Of a stretch of DNA of 64,000 nucleotides, positions 21,725 through 34,475 are shown piece after piece. How positions within the stretch are numbered: position 1 is the first letter of the stretch; the number at the start of each line of letters is the position of its first letter. The notes under the pieces are model-generated. The model was not told where the DNA came from, made no database searches, and saw only the letters and a list, made by a program, of their open reading frames with translations. The translations under genes and the position numbers were made by a program. The DNA is from an uncultured Candidatus Rokubacteria bacterium (lineage in GTDB: Bacteria; Methylomirabilota; Methylomirabilia; Rokubacteriales; CSP1-6), in NCBI GenBank assembly GCA_963747235.1, contig CAVVEU010000027.1, positions 1-64,000 of the forward strand. Direction: 5' to 3'.

Positions 21725-24094
21725 ATGGCGCTGTCGGCCGAGCAGATCCGGCTCCTCGACGCGTACTGGCGGGCCGCGAACTACCTGACCGTCGGCCAGA
21801 TCTACCTCCGGGACAACCCGCTGCTGCGGGAGCCGCTCACGCCCGCGCACGTCAAGCCGCGGCTCCTCGGCCACTGGGGTACCTCGCCGGGGCTCTCCTT
21901 CATCTACGCGCATCTGAACCGCCTCGTGCGCGAGGCCGACGCGGACGTGATCTACCTGGCCGGCCCGGGCCACGGCGGGCCCGCGATCGTGGCCAACGTG
22001 TACCTCGAGGGCACGTACTCCGAGATCTACCCGGATGTCTCGAAGGACACGGCGGGCCTGCGGCGCCTCTTCCGGCAGTTCTCCACCCCCGGCGGCATCC
22101 CGAGCCACGTGAGCGTGCCGACGCCCGGCTCCATCCACGAGGGGGGCGAGCTCGGCTACGTGCTGGTCCACGCCTTCGGCGCCGCCTTCGACAACCCGGA
22201 GCTGATCGTGGCCGCGGTGGTGGGCGACGGCGAGGCCGAGACCGGGCCGCTCGCCGGAAGCTGGACCGGCGTGGACTTCCTGAACCCGGCGCGGGACGGG
22301 GCGGTGCTGCCCATCCTGCACCTCAACGGCTACAAGATCGGCGGACCCACGGTGCTCGGCCGCATCGGCGACGACGACATCGTGAGCCTGCTGCGCGGCC
22401 ACGGCTGGGAGCCCCACGTCGTGACGGGCGCCGATCCCGCCGTGATGCACGCGCGCTTCGCCCAGGTGCTCGACGAGTGCCACGCGCGCATCCGGGCCAT
22501 CCGCGCGGAGGCCCGGCGCCCCGGCGTCGGTCCCGCTCGCGCCACGCGCCCGCGCTGGCCCGCGATCGTGCTCCGCACGCCCAAGGGCTGGACCGGGCCC
22601 AAGGTGGTGGACGGCCTGCCGGTCGAGGGCACGTTCCGCGCCCACCAGGTGCCGGTGGACCGCGTGCGGGAGGATCCCGCGCACCTGGCGCTGCTCGAGG
22701 CCTGGCTGCGCAGCTACCGGCCGGAGGAGCTCTTCGACGAGCGGGGATGTTTCCGCGCCGAGCTGGCCGCGCTCGCGCCCACCGGCGACCGCCGGCTCGG
22801 CGCGAATCCCCACGCCAACGGCGGCCGCATGCTCCGGCCGCTCGACCTGCCGGACTTCGCCGACTACGCCCTGCCGGTGCCACGGCCGGCCACCGAGCTG
22901 CACGGCTCGACCCGCCAGCTCGGCAAGTTCATGCGCGACATCTTCACGCGCAACCGCGCGGCGGCCAACTTCCGCCTCTTCTGCCCGGACGAGACCAACT
23001 CCAACCGGCTCGGCGACGTGTTCGAGGTGGAGCGCCGCTGCTCCGTCCTTCCGCTCCAGGGCGACGACGATCACGTGGCGCCGGACGGTCGCGTGATGGA
23101 GATCCTGAGCGAGCACTGCTGCCAGGGCTGGCTCGAGGGCTACCTGCTCACCGGCCGCCACGGGCTCTTCGCGAGCTACGAGGCGTTCGCGATGGTCTCG
23201 GCGTCCATGACCGTGCAGCACGCCAAGTGGCTGCAGGAGGCCGATCGGCTGGCGTGGCGGGCGCCGGTCGCTTCGCTCAACATCCTGCTCACGTCCACCT
23301 CGTGGCGCCAGGACCACAACGGCTTCAGCCACCAGGGCCCGGGCCTGATCGACGTGGTGCTCTCGAAGAAGGGGACGGTGTCGCGGATCTACCTGCCGCC
23401 CGACGCCAACAGCCTGCTCTCGGTGGCCGACCACTGCTTCCGCAGCCGTAACTACGTGAACCTGATCGTCATCGACAAGCAGCCGCAGCTGCAGTGGCTC
23501 GATCTCGAGACGGCGCGCGCGCATTGCGCGCGCGGCGCGTCGGTCTGGCCCTGGGCGGGCAGCCCCGGCGGCGAGCCCCCCGATGTCGTGCTGGCCGCCG
23601 CCGGCGACGTGCCGACGCTCGAGGTGATCGCGGCGGCCTGGCTGCTGCGCCGCCACGCGCCCTCGCTCCGCGTGCGGGTGGTCAACGTGGTGGACCTCAT
23701 GACGCTCTTCGCCCCGCGCTTCCACCCGCACGGCCTCACCGACGAGGCGTTCGTCGCGCTGTTCACCGCGGCGGCGCCGGTGGTCTTCGCCTTCCACGGC
23801 TATCAGCGCGCGATCCACGAGCTGGTCCACGGCCGCCCGGGGGCCGAGCGCTTCCACGTGCGCGGCTTTAACGAGGAGGGGACGACCACCACGCCCTTCG
23901 ACATGGTGGTGCGCAACGAGATGAGCCGCTACGATCTCTGCCTCGAGGCGGTCCGCCGCGCCCCGCAGGGCGAGGCGCGCGGCGCCGCCCTCGTCGCGCA
24001 CTGCCGCGCCATGCTCGATCGACACCGCGGCTACATCCGTGAGCACTTCGAGGACATGCCGGAGGTGCGGGACTGGCGCTGGAGCGCGCCCTGA
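21725..24094 (+). CDS. xfp: Phosphoketolase
   Basis: [44 protein letters not shown]. Confidence 0.95.
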   Translation: MALSAEQIRLLDAYWRAANYLTVGQIYLRDNPLLREPLTPAHVKPRLLGHWGTSPGLSFIYAHLNRLVREADADVIYLAGPGHGGPAIVANVYLEGTYSEIYPDVSKDTAGLRRLFRQFSTPGGIPSHVSVPTPGSIHEGGELGYVLVHAFGAAFDNPELIVAAVVGDGEAETGPLAGSWTGVDFLNPARDGAVLPILHLNGYKIGGPTVLGRIGDDDIVSLLRGHGWEPHVVTGADPAVMHARFAQVLDECHARIRAIRAEARRPGVGPARATRPRWPAIVLRTPKGWTGPKVVDGLPVEGTFRAHQVPVDRVREDPAHLALLEAWLRSYRPEELFDERGCFRAELAALAPTGDRRLGANPHANGGRMLRPLDLPDFADYALPVPRPATELHGSTRQLGKFMRDIFTRNRAAANFRLFCPDETNSNRLGDVFEVERRCSVLPLQGDDDHVAPDGRVMEILSEHCCQGWLEGYLLTGRHGLFASYEAFAMVSASMTVQHAKWLQEADRLAWRAPVASLNILLTSTSWRQDHNGFSHQGPGLIDVVLSKKGTVSRIYLPPDANSLLSVADHCFRSRNYVNLIVIDKQPQLQWLDLETARAHCARGASVWPWAGSPGGEPPDVVLAAAGDVPTLEVIAAAWLLRRHAPSLRVRVVNVVDLMTLFAPRFHPHGLTDEAFVALFTAAAPVVFAFHGYQRAIHELVHGRPGAERFHVRGFNEEGTTTTPFDMVVRNEMSRYDLCLEAVRRAPQGEARGAALVAHCRAMLDRHRGYIREHFEDMPEVRDWRWSAP

Positions 24095-25275
24095 TGGCCG
24101 CCGCGCCGATCGTGCTCTGCCTGAACGCGGGCTCGTCCTCGCTCAAGTTCTCGGTGTGGGACGACGCCGAGTGCCTCGGCGAGGGCGAGGTGGAGGAGAT
24201 CGGCCGCCCCGAGGCGTTCGCCTGGGTGCGGACGCCCGGCGCGCCGCCGCGCCGGCTGCCGGGCCAGTGGGCCGATCACGGCGACGCTGCCGCCGGGGTG
24301 TTCGCCCTGCTGGGCGAGCACGCGCTGCCCGCGCCGGCGGGCGTAGGGCACCGCCTGGTGCACGGCGGACAGCGCCACGTGGCCCCGGAGCGCGTGACGG
24401 CGGCCCTGATCGCCGAGCTGCGCGCGCTCATCCCGCTGGCCCCGCTCCATTTGCCGAGCGGCCTCGCCGGCGTGGAGGCGGTGGCCGCGCGCTTCCCCAC
24501 GCTGCCGCAGGCCGTCTGCTTCGACACCGCGTTCCATCGTGACCTGCCGGAGATCGCCCGCCGCTTCCCCCTGCCGCGGGCCCTGGCCGACGCGGCCGGC
24601 ATCGAGCGCTTCGGCTTCCACGGGCTCTCCTACGAGTACGTGCTGGAGCGGCTGGGCGCGGCCGGGCGCGGCCGGGTGGTGATCGCGCACCTGGGCAACG
24701 GGGCGAGCATGGCGGCGGTGCACGCGGGGCGCGCGATGGACACGACCATGGGGCTGACCCCGACCGGCGGGTTCATGATGGGCACGCGCACCGGCGATCT
24801 CGATCCGGGCGTGCTCCTCTACCTGATGCGGGAGCAGGGCTACGACGCCGCGCGCCTGGACCGGCTGGTGAACAAGGAGTCGGGCCTGCTCGGGGTGTCC
24901 GGGGCGAGCGCGGACATGAAGACGCTGCTGGAGCGACGGGAGCGCGACGAGGCCGCCGCGGTGGCGGTGGCGATGTTCTGCTACCAGGCGCGCAAGCAGG
25001 TGGGAGCGCTCGCGGCGGCGATGGGCGGGCTCGACACGCTGGTGTTCACGGGCGGCATCGGGGAGCGGGCGGCGCCGGTGCGCGCGGAGATCTGCGACGG
25101 GCTCGGGCATCTGGGCGTCCGCCTCGATCCGGCGCGGAACGCGGCCCACGACGATCCGCTGAGCGCCCCGGGCGGCGGCTGCGCGGTGCGGGTCGTGCCC
25201 ACCCGGGAGGACCTGATGATCGCGCGGCACAGCCGGGCGGTCCTGTTCGCGCGAGGGCGAGAGGAGGCACGGTGA
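24094..25275 (+). CDS. ackA: Acetate kinase
   Basis: [37 protein letters not shown]. Confidence 0.93.
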   Translation: MAAAPIVLCLNAGSSSLKFSVWDDAECLGEGEVEEIGRPEAFAWVRTPGAPPRRLPGQWADHGDAAAGVFALLGEHALPAPAGVGHRLVHGGQRHVAPERVTAALIAELRALIPLAPLHLPSGLAGVEAVAARFPTLPQAVCFDTAFHRDLPEIARRFPLPRALADAAGIERFGFHGLSYEYVLERLGAAGRGRVVIAHLGNGASMAAVHAGRAMDTTMGLTPTGGFMMGTRTGDLDPGVLLYLMREQGYDAARLDRLVNKESGLLGVSGASADMKTLLERRERDEAAAVAVAMFCYQARKQVGALAAAMGGLDTLVFTGGIGERAAPVRAEICDGLGHLGVRLDPARNAAHDDPLSAPGGGCAVRVVPTREDLMIARHSRAVLFARGREEAR

Positions 25276-26897
25276 TCAGCCAGAGCGAGGCGTGGGCGGC
25301 GCTGCGGAAGCACCACGGGCAGATGCGGGACCTCCATCTGAGGACGCTCTTCGCGGAGGACCCGAAGCGGGGCGAGCGGCTGGTCCTCGAGGCGGTCTCC
25401 CTCTATCTGGACTACTCGAAGAACCGGGTCACCGACGAGACCCTGCGGCTCCTGCTCGCGCTGGCCGAGACGGCCGGCCTGCGGGCGCGCATCGATGCCA
25501 TGTTCTCGGGCGAGAAGATCAACGTGACCGAGCAGCGCGCGGTGCTCCACGTGGCCCTGCGCGCGCCCCGGGGGACGCGCATCCTGGTGGACGGCCAGGA
25601 CGTGGTGCCGGGCGTGCACGCGGTGCTCGATCGCATGGCCGACTTCTCCACCCGCGTGCGCACCGGGGCCTGGACCGGCTTCACCGGCAAGGCCATCCGC
25701 AACGTGGTCAACATCGGGATCGGCGGCTCCGACCTGGGTCCGGTCATGGCCTACGAGGCCCTGCGCCACTACAGCGACCGCGGTCTCACGCTGCGCTTCG
25801 TCTCCAACGTGGACGGCACCGACTTCGTCGAGGCCACCCGCGACCTGAATCCGGCCGAGACGCTCTTCGTCATCTCCTCGAAGACCTTCACCACCCAGGA
25901 GACGCTCGCCAACGCCCACGCGGCGCGGGACTGGGCCCTGCGCGCGCTCCGTGACCCGAAGGCGGTCGCGCGGCACTTCGTGGCGGTGTCCACCAACGCG
26001 GTGGAGGTGGCGAAGTTCGGGATCGACACCGCCAACATGTTCGAGTTCTGGGACTGGGTGGGCGGCCGCTACTCCTACGACTCGGCCATCGGGCTCTCGC
26101 TGATGATCGCGATCGGCCCCGAGCACTTCCGGGCCATGCTCGCGGGCTTCCACGAGATGGACGAGCACTTCCGCACCGCGCCGTTCGAGCGCAACCTCCC
26201 GGTGCTGCTCGGCCTCCTCGGCATCTGGTACGTGAACTTCTTCGGCGCGGAGAGCCACGCGGTGCTGCCCTACAGCCACTACCTGGCGCGGCTGCCGTTC
26301 TATCTCCAGCAGCTCGACATGGAATCGAACGGCAAGTCGGTGGACCTGGACGGCCGGCGCGTGGACTACCAGACCGGCCCGGTCATCTGGGGGACGCCGG
26401 GCACCAACGGCCAGCACGCCTACTACCAGCTCATGCACCAGGGCACGCGGCTCATCCCGGCCGACTTCATCGGCTTCGCGCGGACGCTCAACCCGCTCGG
26501 CCGGCACCAGGATCTGCTCACCGCGAACCTGATCGCGCAGACCGAGGCGCTCGCCTTCGGCAAGACCGCGGCCGAGGTCGCCGCCGAGGGCGTGCCCGCC
26601 GCGCAGGTGCCGCACCGCACCTTCGAGGGCAACCGGCCGAGCAATACGATCCTGGCCGACGCGCTGACCCCGGCCGCGCTCGGGCGACTGGTCGCGCTCT
26701 ACGAGCACAAGGTGTTCGTGCAGGGCTCCATCTGGCGCGTCAACTCGTTCGACCAGTGGGGCGTGGAGCTGGGCAAGGCGCTCGCCGGCCGGGTCGCGCC
26801 GGAGCTCGAGAGCCGCGAGGAGCCCACGCTCCGGCACGACGGCTCCACCAACGCGCTGATCCGCCGCTACCGCCGCCTGCGCGACGGCGGCACGTGA
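25272..26897 (+). CDS. pgi: Glucose-6-phosphate isomerase
   Basis: [36 protein letters not shown]. Confidence 0.96.
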   Translation: MISQSEAWAALRKHHGQMRDLHLRTLFAEDPKRGERLVLEAVSLYLDYSKNRVTDETLRLLLALAETAGLRARIDAMFSGEKINVTEQRAVLHVALRAPRGTRILVDGQDVVPGVHAVLDRMADFSTRVRTGAWTGFTGKAIRNVVNIGIGGSDLGPVMAYEALRHYSDRGLTLRFVSNVDGTDFVEATRDLNPAETLFVISSKTFTTQETLANAHAARDWALRALRDPKAVARHFVAVSTNAVEVAKFGIDTANMFEFWDWVGGRYSYDSAIGLSLMIAIGPEHFRAMLAGFHEMDEHFRTAPFERNLPVLLGLLGIWYVNFFGAESHAVLPYSHYLARLPFYLQQLDMESNGKSVDLDGRRVDYQTGPVIWGTPGTNGQHAYYQLMHQGTRLIPADFIGFARTLNPLGRHQDLLTANLIAQTEALAFGKTAAEVAAEGVPAAQVPHRTFEGNRPSNTILADALTPAALGRLVALYEHKVFVQGSIWRVNSFDQWGVELGKALAGRVAPELESREEPTLRHDGSTNALIRRYRRLRDGGT

Positions 26898-26910
26898 GTC
26901 GCGGCCGCTC

Positions 26911-28128
26911 GTGGTCGCCCAGCCCGGAGCCCACGCGCCGCTCGGCTTCGATCCCGCCGATCCCGGCCTCAAGTACGAGCTGGTGATCGCCAACGGTGAC
27001 GTGGTGGATCCGGTGCAGAAGACGCGCGCGAAGCGCGACATCGGCATCCGCTTCGGCCAGATCGCGGCGGTGGCCGCGAGCATCCCGCCCGACCGGGCCG
27101 TCCAGCGCATCGACGCGGCCGGCAAGCTGGTGACGCCGGGGCTCATCGACCTGCACACGCACCTCTGCCCGCATCTCGGCATCGGGCTGCCCGCCGACGA
27201 GCTGGTGCCGATCACCGCGACCACCACCGCGGTGTCGGCGGGCGACGCGGGCGCGTACACCTTCGGCAACTTCCGCCACGGAGTCGTTCCCCAGTCGCGC
27301 ACGCGCCTGTTCGGGTTCGTGCACATCTCCTCCATCGGGCTGGCCGGCGGGCTCGCGCCGGGCGAGATGCTCAACATCGACTACGCCAACGTGGAGGCCT
27401 GCGCCAAGGTCGTGGCCGAGAACGCCGACCTCACGCTGGGCGTCAAGGTGCGCATCACCGACTCGGTGGTGGGCGGCAACGGCCTCGAGCCGCTGCGGCG
27501 CGCGATCCGCGCGGCCGAGATGGCGGGCAAGCAATTCCGCGTGATGTGCCACATCGGCTCGGCGCCCGGCAATCTCTCCGACCTGCTCGACCTGCTGCGC
27601 CCCGGCGACGTGCTCACCCACGCCTACAGCGGGGCCGGCAACAACACGGTGCAGAACGGTCGCGTGATCCCCGCGGCGCTGGCGGCCAAGCAGCGCGGCG
27701 TCATCATCGACGTCGGGCACGGCGGGGGCAGCTTCGACTACACGGTGTGCGAGCCGGCGCTCCAGCAGGGGTTCGGCCCCGACACCATCTCGAGCGACAT
27801 CCATGCCGTCTCCATCAATACCCCCGGCTATCCGACGCTCCCCTGGGTGATGTCGAAGTTCCTGGGGATGGGCATGCCGCTCGAGGAGGTCGTGGCCCGG
27901 GCCACCTCCGAGCCCGGCCGCATCATCGGCAAGGTGCCGGGCCTGGGTACCCTGGCGGTGGGGGCCCCCGCCGACCTGGCCATCTTCGACCTGGTGGACG
28001 GGCCGGTCGACTTCGTGGACACCCGGAATAACCGGCGCGCCGGCACCCGCAAGCTGGTGCCGGTACTGACCGTCCGGGCCGGGCGGCCCTACGGGCGGCC
28101 GCCGCTGCCGGTCCCCTTCCTCTATTAG
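26911..28128 (+). CDS. Amidohydrolase/deacetylase family metallohydrolase (dihydroorotase-like)
   Basis: PGLIDLHTH, GVKVR, DVGHGGGSF, ISSDIH. Confidence 0.85.
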   Translation: MVAQPGAHAPLGFDPADPGLKYELVIANGDVVDPVQKTRAKRDIGIRFGQIAAVAASIPPDRAVQRIDAAGKLVTPGLIDLHTHLCPHLGIGLPADELVPITATTTAVSAGDAGAYTFGNFRHGVVPQSRTRLFGFVHISSIGLAGGLAPGEMLNIDYANVEACAKVVAENADLTLGVKVRITDSVVGGNGLEPLRRAIRAAEMAGKQFRVMCHIGSAPGNLSDLLDLLRPGDVLTHAYSGAGNNTVQNGRVIPAALAAKQRGVIIDVGHGGGSFDYTVCEPALQQGFGPDTISSDIHAVSINTPGYPTLPWVMSKFLGMGMPLEEVVARATSEPGRIIGKVPGLGTLAVGAPADLAIFDLVDGPVDFVDTRNNRRAGTRKLVPVLTVRAGRPYGRPPLPVPFLY

Positions 28129-28190
28129 GGCCTTGTGTTATCCTTCCCTGGCCTGATCCTCCCCGCGCCGAGATACCCGCGACCCGTCGT

Positions 28191-28275
28191 GCGAGAGTGG
28201 CGGAACTGGCAGACGCGCTGGACTTAGGATCCAGAGGGGCAACCCGTGGGGGTTCAACTCCCCCCTCTCGCACCA
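28191..28275 (+). tRNA. tRNA-Leu (anticodon TAG)
   Basis: Acceptor stem GCGAGAG/CTCTCGC, anticodon arm CTGGA-cttagga-TCCAG, long variable arm, GGTTCAA T-loop, encoded CCA. Confidence 0.96.
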
Positions 28276-28308
28276 GAACCCGAAAATCGTCATGAAGGTG
28301 GAACGGCC

Positions 28309-29585
28309 ATGAAGGTGGAGATCGAAGAGCTGGGGGGCTGCAAGCGGCGCCTGCAGGTCGAGGAAGCCCCCGAGGTCGTCTCGAAAGCCTGGGAACAGGC
28401 CTTCGATCGCGTGCAGCGCGAGGCGAAGCTTCCCGGATTCCGCAAGGGCAAGGTCCCGCGCAGCATGATCAAGCTGCACTTCGCGGACGACGTGCGGCAG
28501 GAGGTGGCCCGCCACCTGATCCCCGACGTGTACCGCCAGGCCCTCGCCGAGACGCGCATCGAGCCGGTGGAGGAGCCCGATCTGCAGGAGGTCACGCTCG
28601 AGGAGAACGCGGCGTTGAAGTTCGCCGCGGTGGTCGAGGTCAAGCCGGTCATCACCCTGGGCGCCTACGACCGGCCTCGCGGTCGAGCACACGCCCAAGC
28701 CCTTCGCGGAGACCGAGGTGGACGAGGCGCTCGGCACCCTGCAGGAGCAGCACGCGGAGTACCGCGCGGTCGAGCGGGCCGCCGATCCCGGCGACCTCGT
28801 GATCGTGGACTACACGCTCACCCCCGAGGGGCAGGAGGCCCGCTCCGAGACCGGCTACGGCTTCGTCATCGGCGGCGGCAGCGTGCTGCCCGAGATGGAA
28901 GAGGCGGTGATCGGGCTGACCGCGGGCGGCTCGCGCCAGACGCGGGTGCGCTTCGGCGACGACCACCGCAACGAGGCGCTGCGGGGCAAGTCGGCCGAGG
29001 CCAGCGTGACGGTGACCGAGGTGAAGGAGAAGGTGCTGCCCGCGCTCGACGACGAGCTGGCCAAGACGGTGGGCGGCAACTTCGAGACGCTGGACGCCCT
29101 CCGGACCGAGGTCCGCACCGGGCTCGCGGCGCGGCGCGACGCGGACAACCGCCGCGCGCTGGAGACCGCGGTGCTCGACGCGGTCATGGCCGGCCACACC
29201 TTCGAGGTGCCGGAGGCGCTCATCCTGCGCCAGGTGGGGCACCAGATCGAGCACGCCCGGGAGCACATGCGCCGGCAGGGGGTGGACCCGGACAAGGTGC
29301 CGTGGGACTACAAGAAGCTCCTGGAGGACCTGCGTCCCGGGGGCCGAGAAGGCGGTCAAGCGCGCCCTGCTCATCGAGGCCATCGCGGAGAAGGAGGGCC
29401 TCGCCGCGGCCGACGCGGACGTGGACGCCGAGATCGAGCGCGTGGCCCAGGCCAGCCAGCGGCCGGCGCCCGCCGTCCGGCGGATGCTCGAGCAGAGCGG
29501 TGACCTGGAGGGGATCCGGCACTCCCTGGGCGAGCGCCGGACCATTGATTTCCTCATCGAAAAGAATCAGGCAAAGACCGCCTGA
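28309..29585 (+). CDS. tig: Trigger factor (frameshifts near 28670 and 29340)
   Basis: PGFRKGKVP motif, FKBP domain, canonical tRNA-Leu-tig-clpP-clpX order. Confidence 0.92.
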
Positions 29586-29617
29586 GGTACACTACGAGCA
29601 TGGCAAGGAGGCGCCCG

Positions 29618-30241
29618 ATGGGATTGGTCCCGATGGTGGTGGAGCAGACCCCGCGCGGCGAGCGGGCGTTCGACATCTTCTCCCGGCTCCTCAAGGAGCG
29701 GATCATCTTCCTCCCGACCTATATCGAGGATGAGATCGCCAACCTGGTCATCGCCCAGATGCTGTTCCTGGAAGCCGAGGACCCGGACAAGGACATCTAC
29801 CTCTACGTCAATTCGCCCGGCGGGTCGGTGACCGCGGGCATGGCCATCTACGACACGATGCAGTACGTGAAGCCGGCCATCTCGACCATCTGCATGGGCC
29901 AGGCCGCCTCGATGGGCGCGCTGCTGCTGGCCGCGGGCGGGAAGGGCAAGCGCTTCGCGCTGCCCCACGCGCGCATCATGATCCACCAGCCGCTGGGCGG
30001 CGTGCAGGGCCAGGCCACCGACATCGACATCCAGGCCAGGGAGATCCTCCGGATGCGCGAGGAGCTGAACCGCATCCTGGTGCACCACACCGGCCAGTCC
30101 ATGGAGAAGATCCAGAAGGACACGGATCGCGACTTCTTCATGACCGCCGAGCAGGCCAAGGAATACCGGATCGTGGACGAGGTCATCTCCTCCAAGCCGA
30201 CCACGCGGTCCGTCGCCGAAGTGGTCGTCACCACCAAGTAA
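29618..30241 (+). CDS. clpP: Clp protease proteolytic subunit
   Basis: [33 protein letters not shown]. Confidence 0.97.
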   Translation: MGLVPMVVEQTPRGERAFDIFSRLLKERIIFLPTYIEDEIANLVIAQMLFLEAEDPDKDIYLYVNSPGGSVTAGMAIYDTMQYVKPAISTICMGQAASMGALLLAAGGKGKRFALPHARIMIHQPLGGVQGQATDIDIQAREILRMREELNRILVHHTGQSMEKIQKDTDRDFFMTAEQAKEYRIVDEVISSKPTTRSVAEVVVTTK

Positions 30242-30250
30242 GGACCGGCC

Positions 30251-31498
<1,248 letters not shown>

Positions 31499-31505
31499 CT
31501 CTCTT

Positions 31506-31542
31506 CACCCTCTCCCCGGTGGGGAGAGGGCAGGGTGAGGGG
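31506..31542 (+). repeat. REP-like hairpin, copy 2
   Basis: CCCTCTCCCCggtGGGGAGAGGGCAGGGTGAGGGG. Confidence 0.8.
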
Positions 31543-31549
31543 CTCTCCG

Positions 31550-32152
31550 ATGACGTCGCTCCGAGCCGCCCTCTGTTTCGTTCTGCTGTTCCCGCTCGGT
31601 CCCGCTGCCGCCCAGCCCGTCGCGCTCGATGACTACCTTCAGATGCGCCGCTCCCTGGACATGGCCCGGGACGGCGCCGCGCGCGCCGCGCTCGAGCCAC
31701 AGGCGGCCGCGGCCCTCGACACGCTGCTGGCCACGGCCCGCCGGAGCTCACGCCTCGTGATCCTGATGGAGCGCCGCCCCGGCTACGAGACGACGCCCGC
31801 GGTGCAGACGGCCCGGCTGGTGGCCCGCGAGGGCCGCGTCACCCTGCAGGCGCTGGCGGGCCCGCGGCCGCAGTCGCCGGACTGGGAGCGCGCGGGGGTG
31901 GTGGAGACGGACGCGTACCTGGCGGTGCTGGACCGGCTGCTGCGCGACCCGGTGCTGGCCGCCGACTGGCCCGCGCCGCGCTTCGACCCGAACGCCCCCG
32001 GTCCGCGCCAGGCGATCGTCGTGCGGCTGGCCATCGGGGAGGACGAGCGGGAGATGCAGGCGCTCGCGGGCGCGCCCTACGAGCGGCTGGCCGCGCTGGC
32101 GAGCGCGCTCCTGGAATTCTGCCGCTCCGTGCCGCTGCACGCGACGCCCTGA
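31550..32152 (+). CDS. Exported hypothetical protein
   Basis: Signal-peptide-like N-terminus; fills the clpX-rsmI gap. Confidence 0.6.
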   Translation: MTSLRAALCFVLLFPLGPAAAQPVALDDYLQMRRSLDMARDGAARAALEPQAAAALDTLLATARRSSRLVILMERRPGYETTPAVQTARLVAREGRVTLQALAGPRPQSPDWERAGVVETDAYLAVLDRLLRDPVLAADWPAPRFDPNAPGPRQAIVVRLAIGEDEREMQALAGAPYERLAALASALLEFCRSVPLHATP

Positions 32153-32156
32153 TCCG

Positions 32157-32855
32157 ATGGCCGGCACCCTCTACGTGGTGGCGACCCCGCTGGGCAATCT
32201 GGAGGACATCACGCTGCGCGCGCTCCGCGTCCTGAAGGAGGTCGCGCTCATCGCCTGCGAGGACACGCGCCGCACCCGCATCCTCCTCACCCACTTCGGC
32301 ATCCACGCGCCGGTCACGAGCTACTTCGAGCACAACAAGCTCCGCAAGGCGGCGCGCCTGCTCGAGACGCTCCAGGCCGGCCAGTCGGTGGCCCTGGTCA
32401 CCGACGCGGGCACCCCCGGCATCTCGGACCCCGGCTTTCTCCTCGTCAAGCAGGCGCGGGAGGCCGGCATCCCGGTGGTGCCGGTGCCGGGCCCCTCGGC
32501 GGTGGCGGCGGCGCTGTCCGCGGCCGGGGTGCCCGCCGACCGCTTCCTCTTCGAGGGGTTCCTGCCCGTGAAGCCGGGCCGGCGCCTGCATCGGCTGGAA
32601 GCCCTGCGCGATCTCGAGCTGACCGTGGTCTGCTACGAGTCGCCGCACCGCATCCTCGCCTCGCTGGAGGCGATCGCGCAGGTCTTCGGCGAGCGCGAGA
32701 TCGTGGTGGCGCGGGAGATGACCAAGACGTTCGAGGAGATCGTGCGCGGTCCCGCGGCGGCGCTGCGCGAGCGCTTCGCGGCGGGGACGGCGCGGGGCGA
32801 GTTCACGGTGATCATTCCCGTCCCCTCACGGATGCCCGCCGCGCCTTTGGAGTAG
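32157..32855 (+). CDS. rsmI: 16S rRNA C1402 2'-O-methyltransferase
   Basis: LYVVATPLGNLEDIT, EDTR, DAGTPGISDPG, YESPHR. Confidence 0.95.
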   Translation: MAGTLYVVATPLGNLEDITLRALRVLKEVALIACEDTRRTRILLTHFGIHAPVTSYFEHNKLRKAARLLETLQAGQSVALVTDAGTPGISDPGFLLVKQAREAGIPVVPVPGPSAVAAALSAAGVPADRFLFEGFLPVKPGRRLHRLEALRDLELTVVCYESPHRILASLEAIAQVFGEREIVVAREMTKTFEEIVRGPAAALRERFAAGTARGEFTVIIPVPSRMPAAPLE

Positions 32856-32887
32856 CGCGGCCGCGCCGCGGTGGTAGAGTGACGGCA

Positions 32888-33622
32888 GTGGCTACGCGAA
32901 CGGCGCTCCGGTGGATGGTGATGGCCGCGGTCCTGGCGAGCGTCGCGCTCGGTGGCCGCCCCGCCGCCGCCGAGTGGTTCGCCGACCTCTACGCGGGGTC
33001 GAGCTTCACCCAGAAGAGCGATCTCAAGCTGAACGACCAGGGCATCGGTCCCGGCACCTACGAGGACGTGGAGTTCGATCGATCGCTGGCCTGGGGCGGC
33101 CGCGCCGGCCGCTTCTTCGACACCGTGCCCTTCCTGGGCCTGGGTCTCGACTTCTTCCGGTACTACCCGTATCTCGGCCCGCAGTCGGTCCAGCTCCGCG
33201 GGTGCTTCTACCCGGGCGGTTGCGGCAGCGGGCGCGGCGGGACCGGCTCGTTCGACGTGGAGACCACCGCGGTGTCGGTGGACCTGATGCTGCGGCTGCC
33301 CCTGCTCAAGAGCGAGGACGCCCCCCAGGGCCGGGTGCAGCCCTACGTGGCCGCGGGCCCGCCGCTCTTCATGACCACGATCACCCCGCGGCACACGCGG
33401 AGCTTCCGGAACCACGATTCCGACACCGACTTCTCGTTCGGCTACAAGCTGGCCGGGGGTGTCGCGGTCCAGATCGTCAGGAACCTCGCCCTGTTCGGAG
33501 AATACCGCTTCACCCACGTCTCCCCCGAGGTGGAGCTGCGCGACGCCTCCAACCGCAAGACCACGCTGCGGGCGGATCTCGACACCCACTCCGCCCTCTT
33601 CGGCCTCTCCGCGCGCTGGTAG
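32888..33622 (+). CDS. Outer-membrane beta-barrel protein (OmpA-like 8-strand)
   Basis: Signal peptide, QPYVAAG, LFGEYRFTH, terminal aromatic residue. Confidence 0.8.
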   Translation: MATRTALRWMVMAAVLASVALGGRPAAAEWFADLYAGSSFTQKSDLKLNDQGIGPGTYEDVEFDRSLAWGGRAGRFFDTVPFLGLGLDFFRYYPYLGPQSVQLRGCFYPGGCGSGRGGTGSFDVETTAVSVDLMLRLPLLKSEDAPQGRVQPYVAAGPPLFMTTITPRHTRSFRNHDSDTDFSFGYKLAGGVAVQIVRNLALFGEYRFTHVSPEVELRDASNRKTTLRADLDTHSALFGLSARW

Positions 33623-33686
33623 CCATCGCGCCGGGCGGGCAGGTTCTTCCCGCCGCCCCCGGAGGTATCCCGTATACTAGGGCGCC

Positions 33687-34475
33687 ATGTTGATCCCCAA
33701 GGCCCTCACCATCGCCGGCTCCGATTCCGGCGGCGGCGCGGGAATCCAGGCGGATCTCAAGACGTTCTCCGCGTTCCGGGTGTTCGGCATGTCGGTGATC
33801 ACCGCGGTGACGGCGCAGAACTCGCTCGGGGTCCAGGGTGTGGAGAACCTGCCGCCCGCGTTCGTGGCGCGGCAGCTTCGCTCCGTCCTGGAGGACTTCG
33901 GCGCCGACGCGGCCAAGTGCGGCATGCTCTCGACCGCGCCCATCATCGAAGCGGTGGCGGCCGAGCTCACCGGCCACCGCATCGAGAAGCTGGTGGTGGA
34001 CCCGGTCATGGTCGCCAAGTCGGGTGACCAGCTCCTGCAGCCCGAGGCCCGCGCGGCCCTCGCCGACCGCATCCTCCCGCTGGCCTTGCTCGTCACCCCC
34101 AACCTGCCGGAGGCGGAAGTGCTCGCCGGGATGCGGGTCGCCGAGCCCGAGGACATGGAAGAGGCGGCCCGGCGCATCCATCTGATGGGCCCGCGGTACG
34201 TGCTGGTGAAGGGGGGCCATCTGAAGGGCGACGCGACCGACCTGCTCTGGAACGGACGCGAGTTCACGCGATTCTCCACGCCTCGGATCGATTCGCAGAA
34301 CACCCACGGCACCGGCTGCACCTTCTCGGCCGCCATCGCGGCCGGGCTCGCGCGCGGCCAGGCGCTGGGCGACGCGATCCGGTCGGCCAAGGCGTACGTC
34401 ACGCGGGCGATCCGCGAGGGCTTCCAGGCGGGCCGCGGCGTGGGCCAGCTCCGCCACTTCATCCCGGACTGGTGA
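33687..34475 (+). CDS. thiD: Hydroxymethylpyrimidine / phosphomethylpyrimidine kinase
   Basis: TIAGSDSGGGAGIQADLK, DPVM, TPNLPEA, THGTGC. Confidence 0.96.
   Translation: MLIPKALTIAGSDSGGGAGIQADLKTFSAFRVFGMSVITAVTAQNSLGVQGVENLPPAFVARQLRSVLEDFGADAAKCGMLSTAPIIEAVAAELTGHRIEKLVVDPVMVAKSGDQLLQPEARAALADRILPLALLVTPNLPEAEVLAGMRVAEPEDMEEAARRIHLMGPRYVLVKGGHLKGDATDLLWNGREFTRFSTPRIDSQNTHGTGCTFSAAIAAGLARGQALGDAIRSAKAYVTRAIREGFQAGRGVGQLRHFIPDW

Noticed and set aside
28191-28310. tRNA-Leu as an island integration site
   Set aside because: It is followed directly by tig in the conserved order, with no integrase or duplicated 3' end seen.
33622-33687. TPP riboswitch before thiD; Moco riboswitch before modA or moaC
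   Set aside because: The thiD gap is too short and looks leaderless. I recognised no aptamer consensus elsewhere, but an Infernal/Rfam scan would be needed to exclude one.
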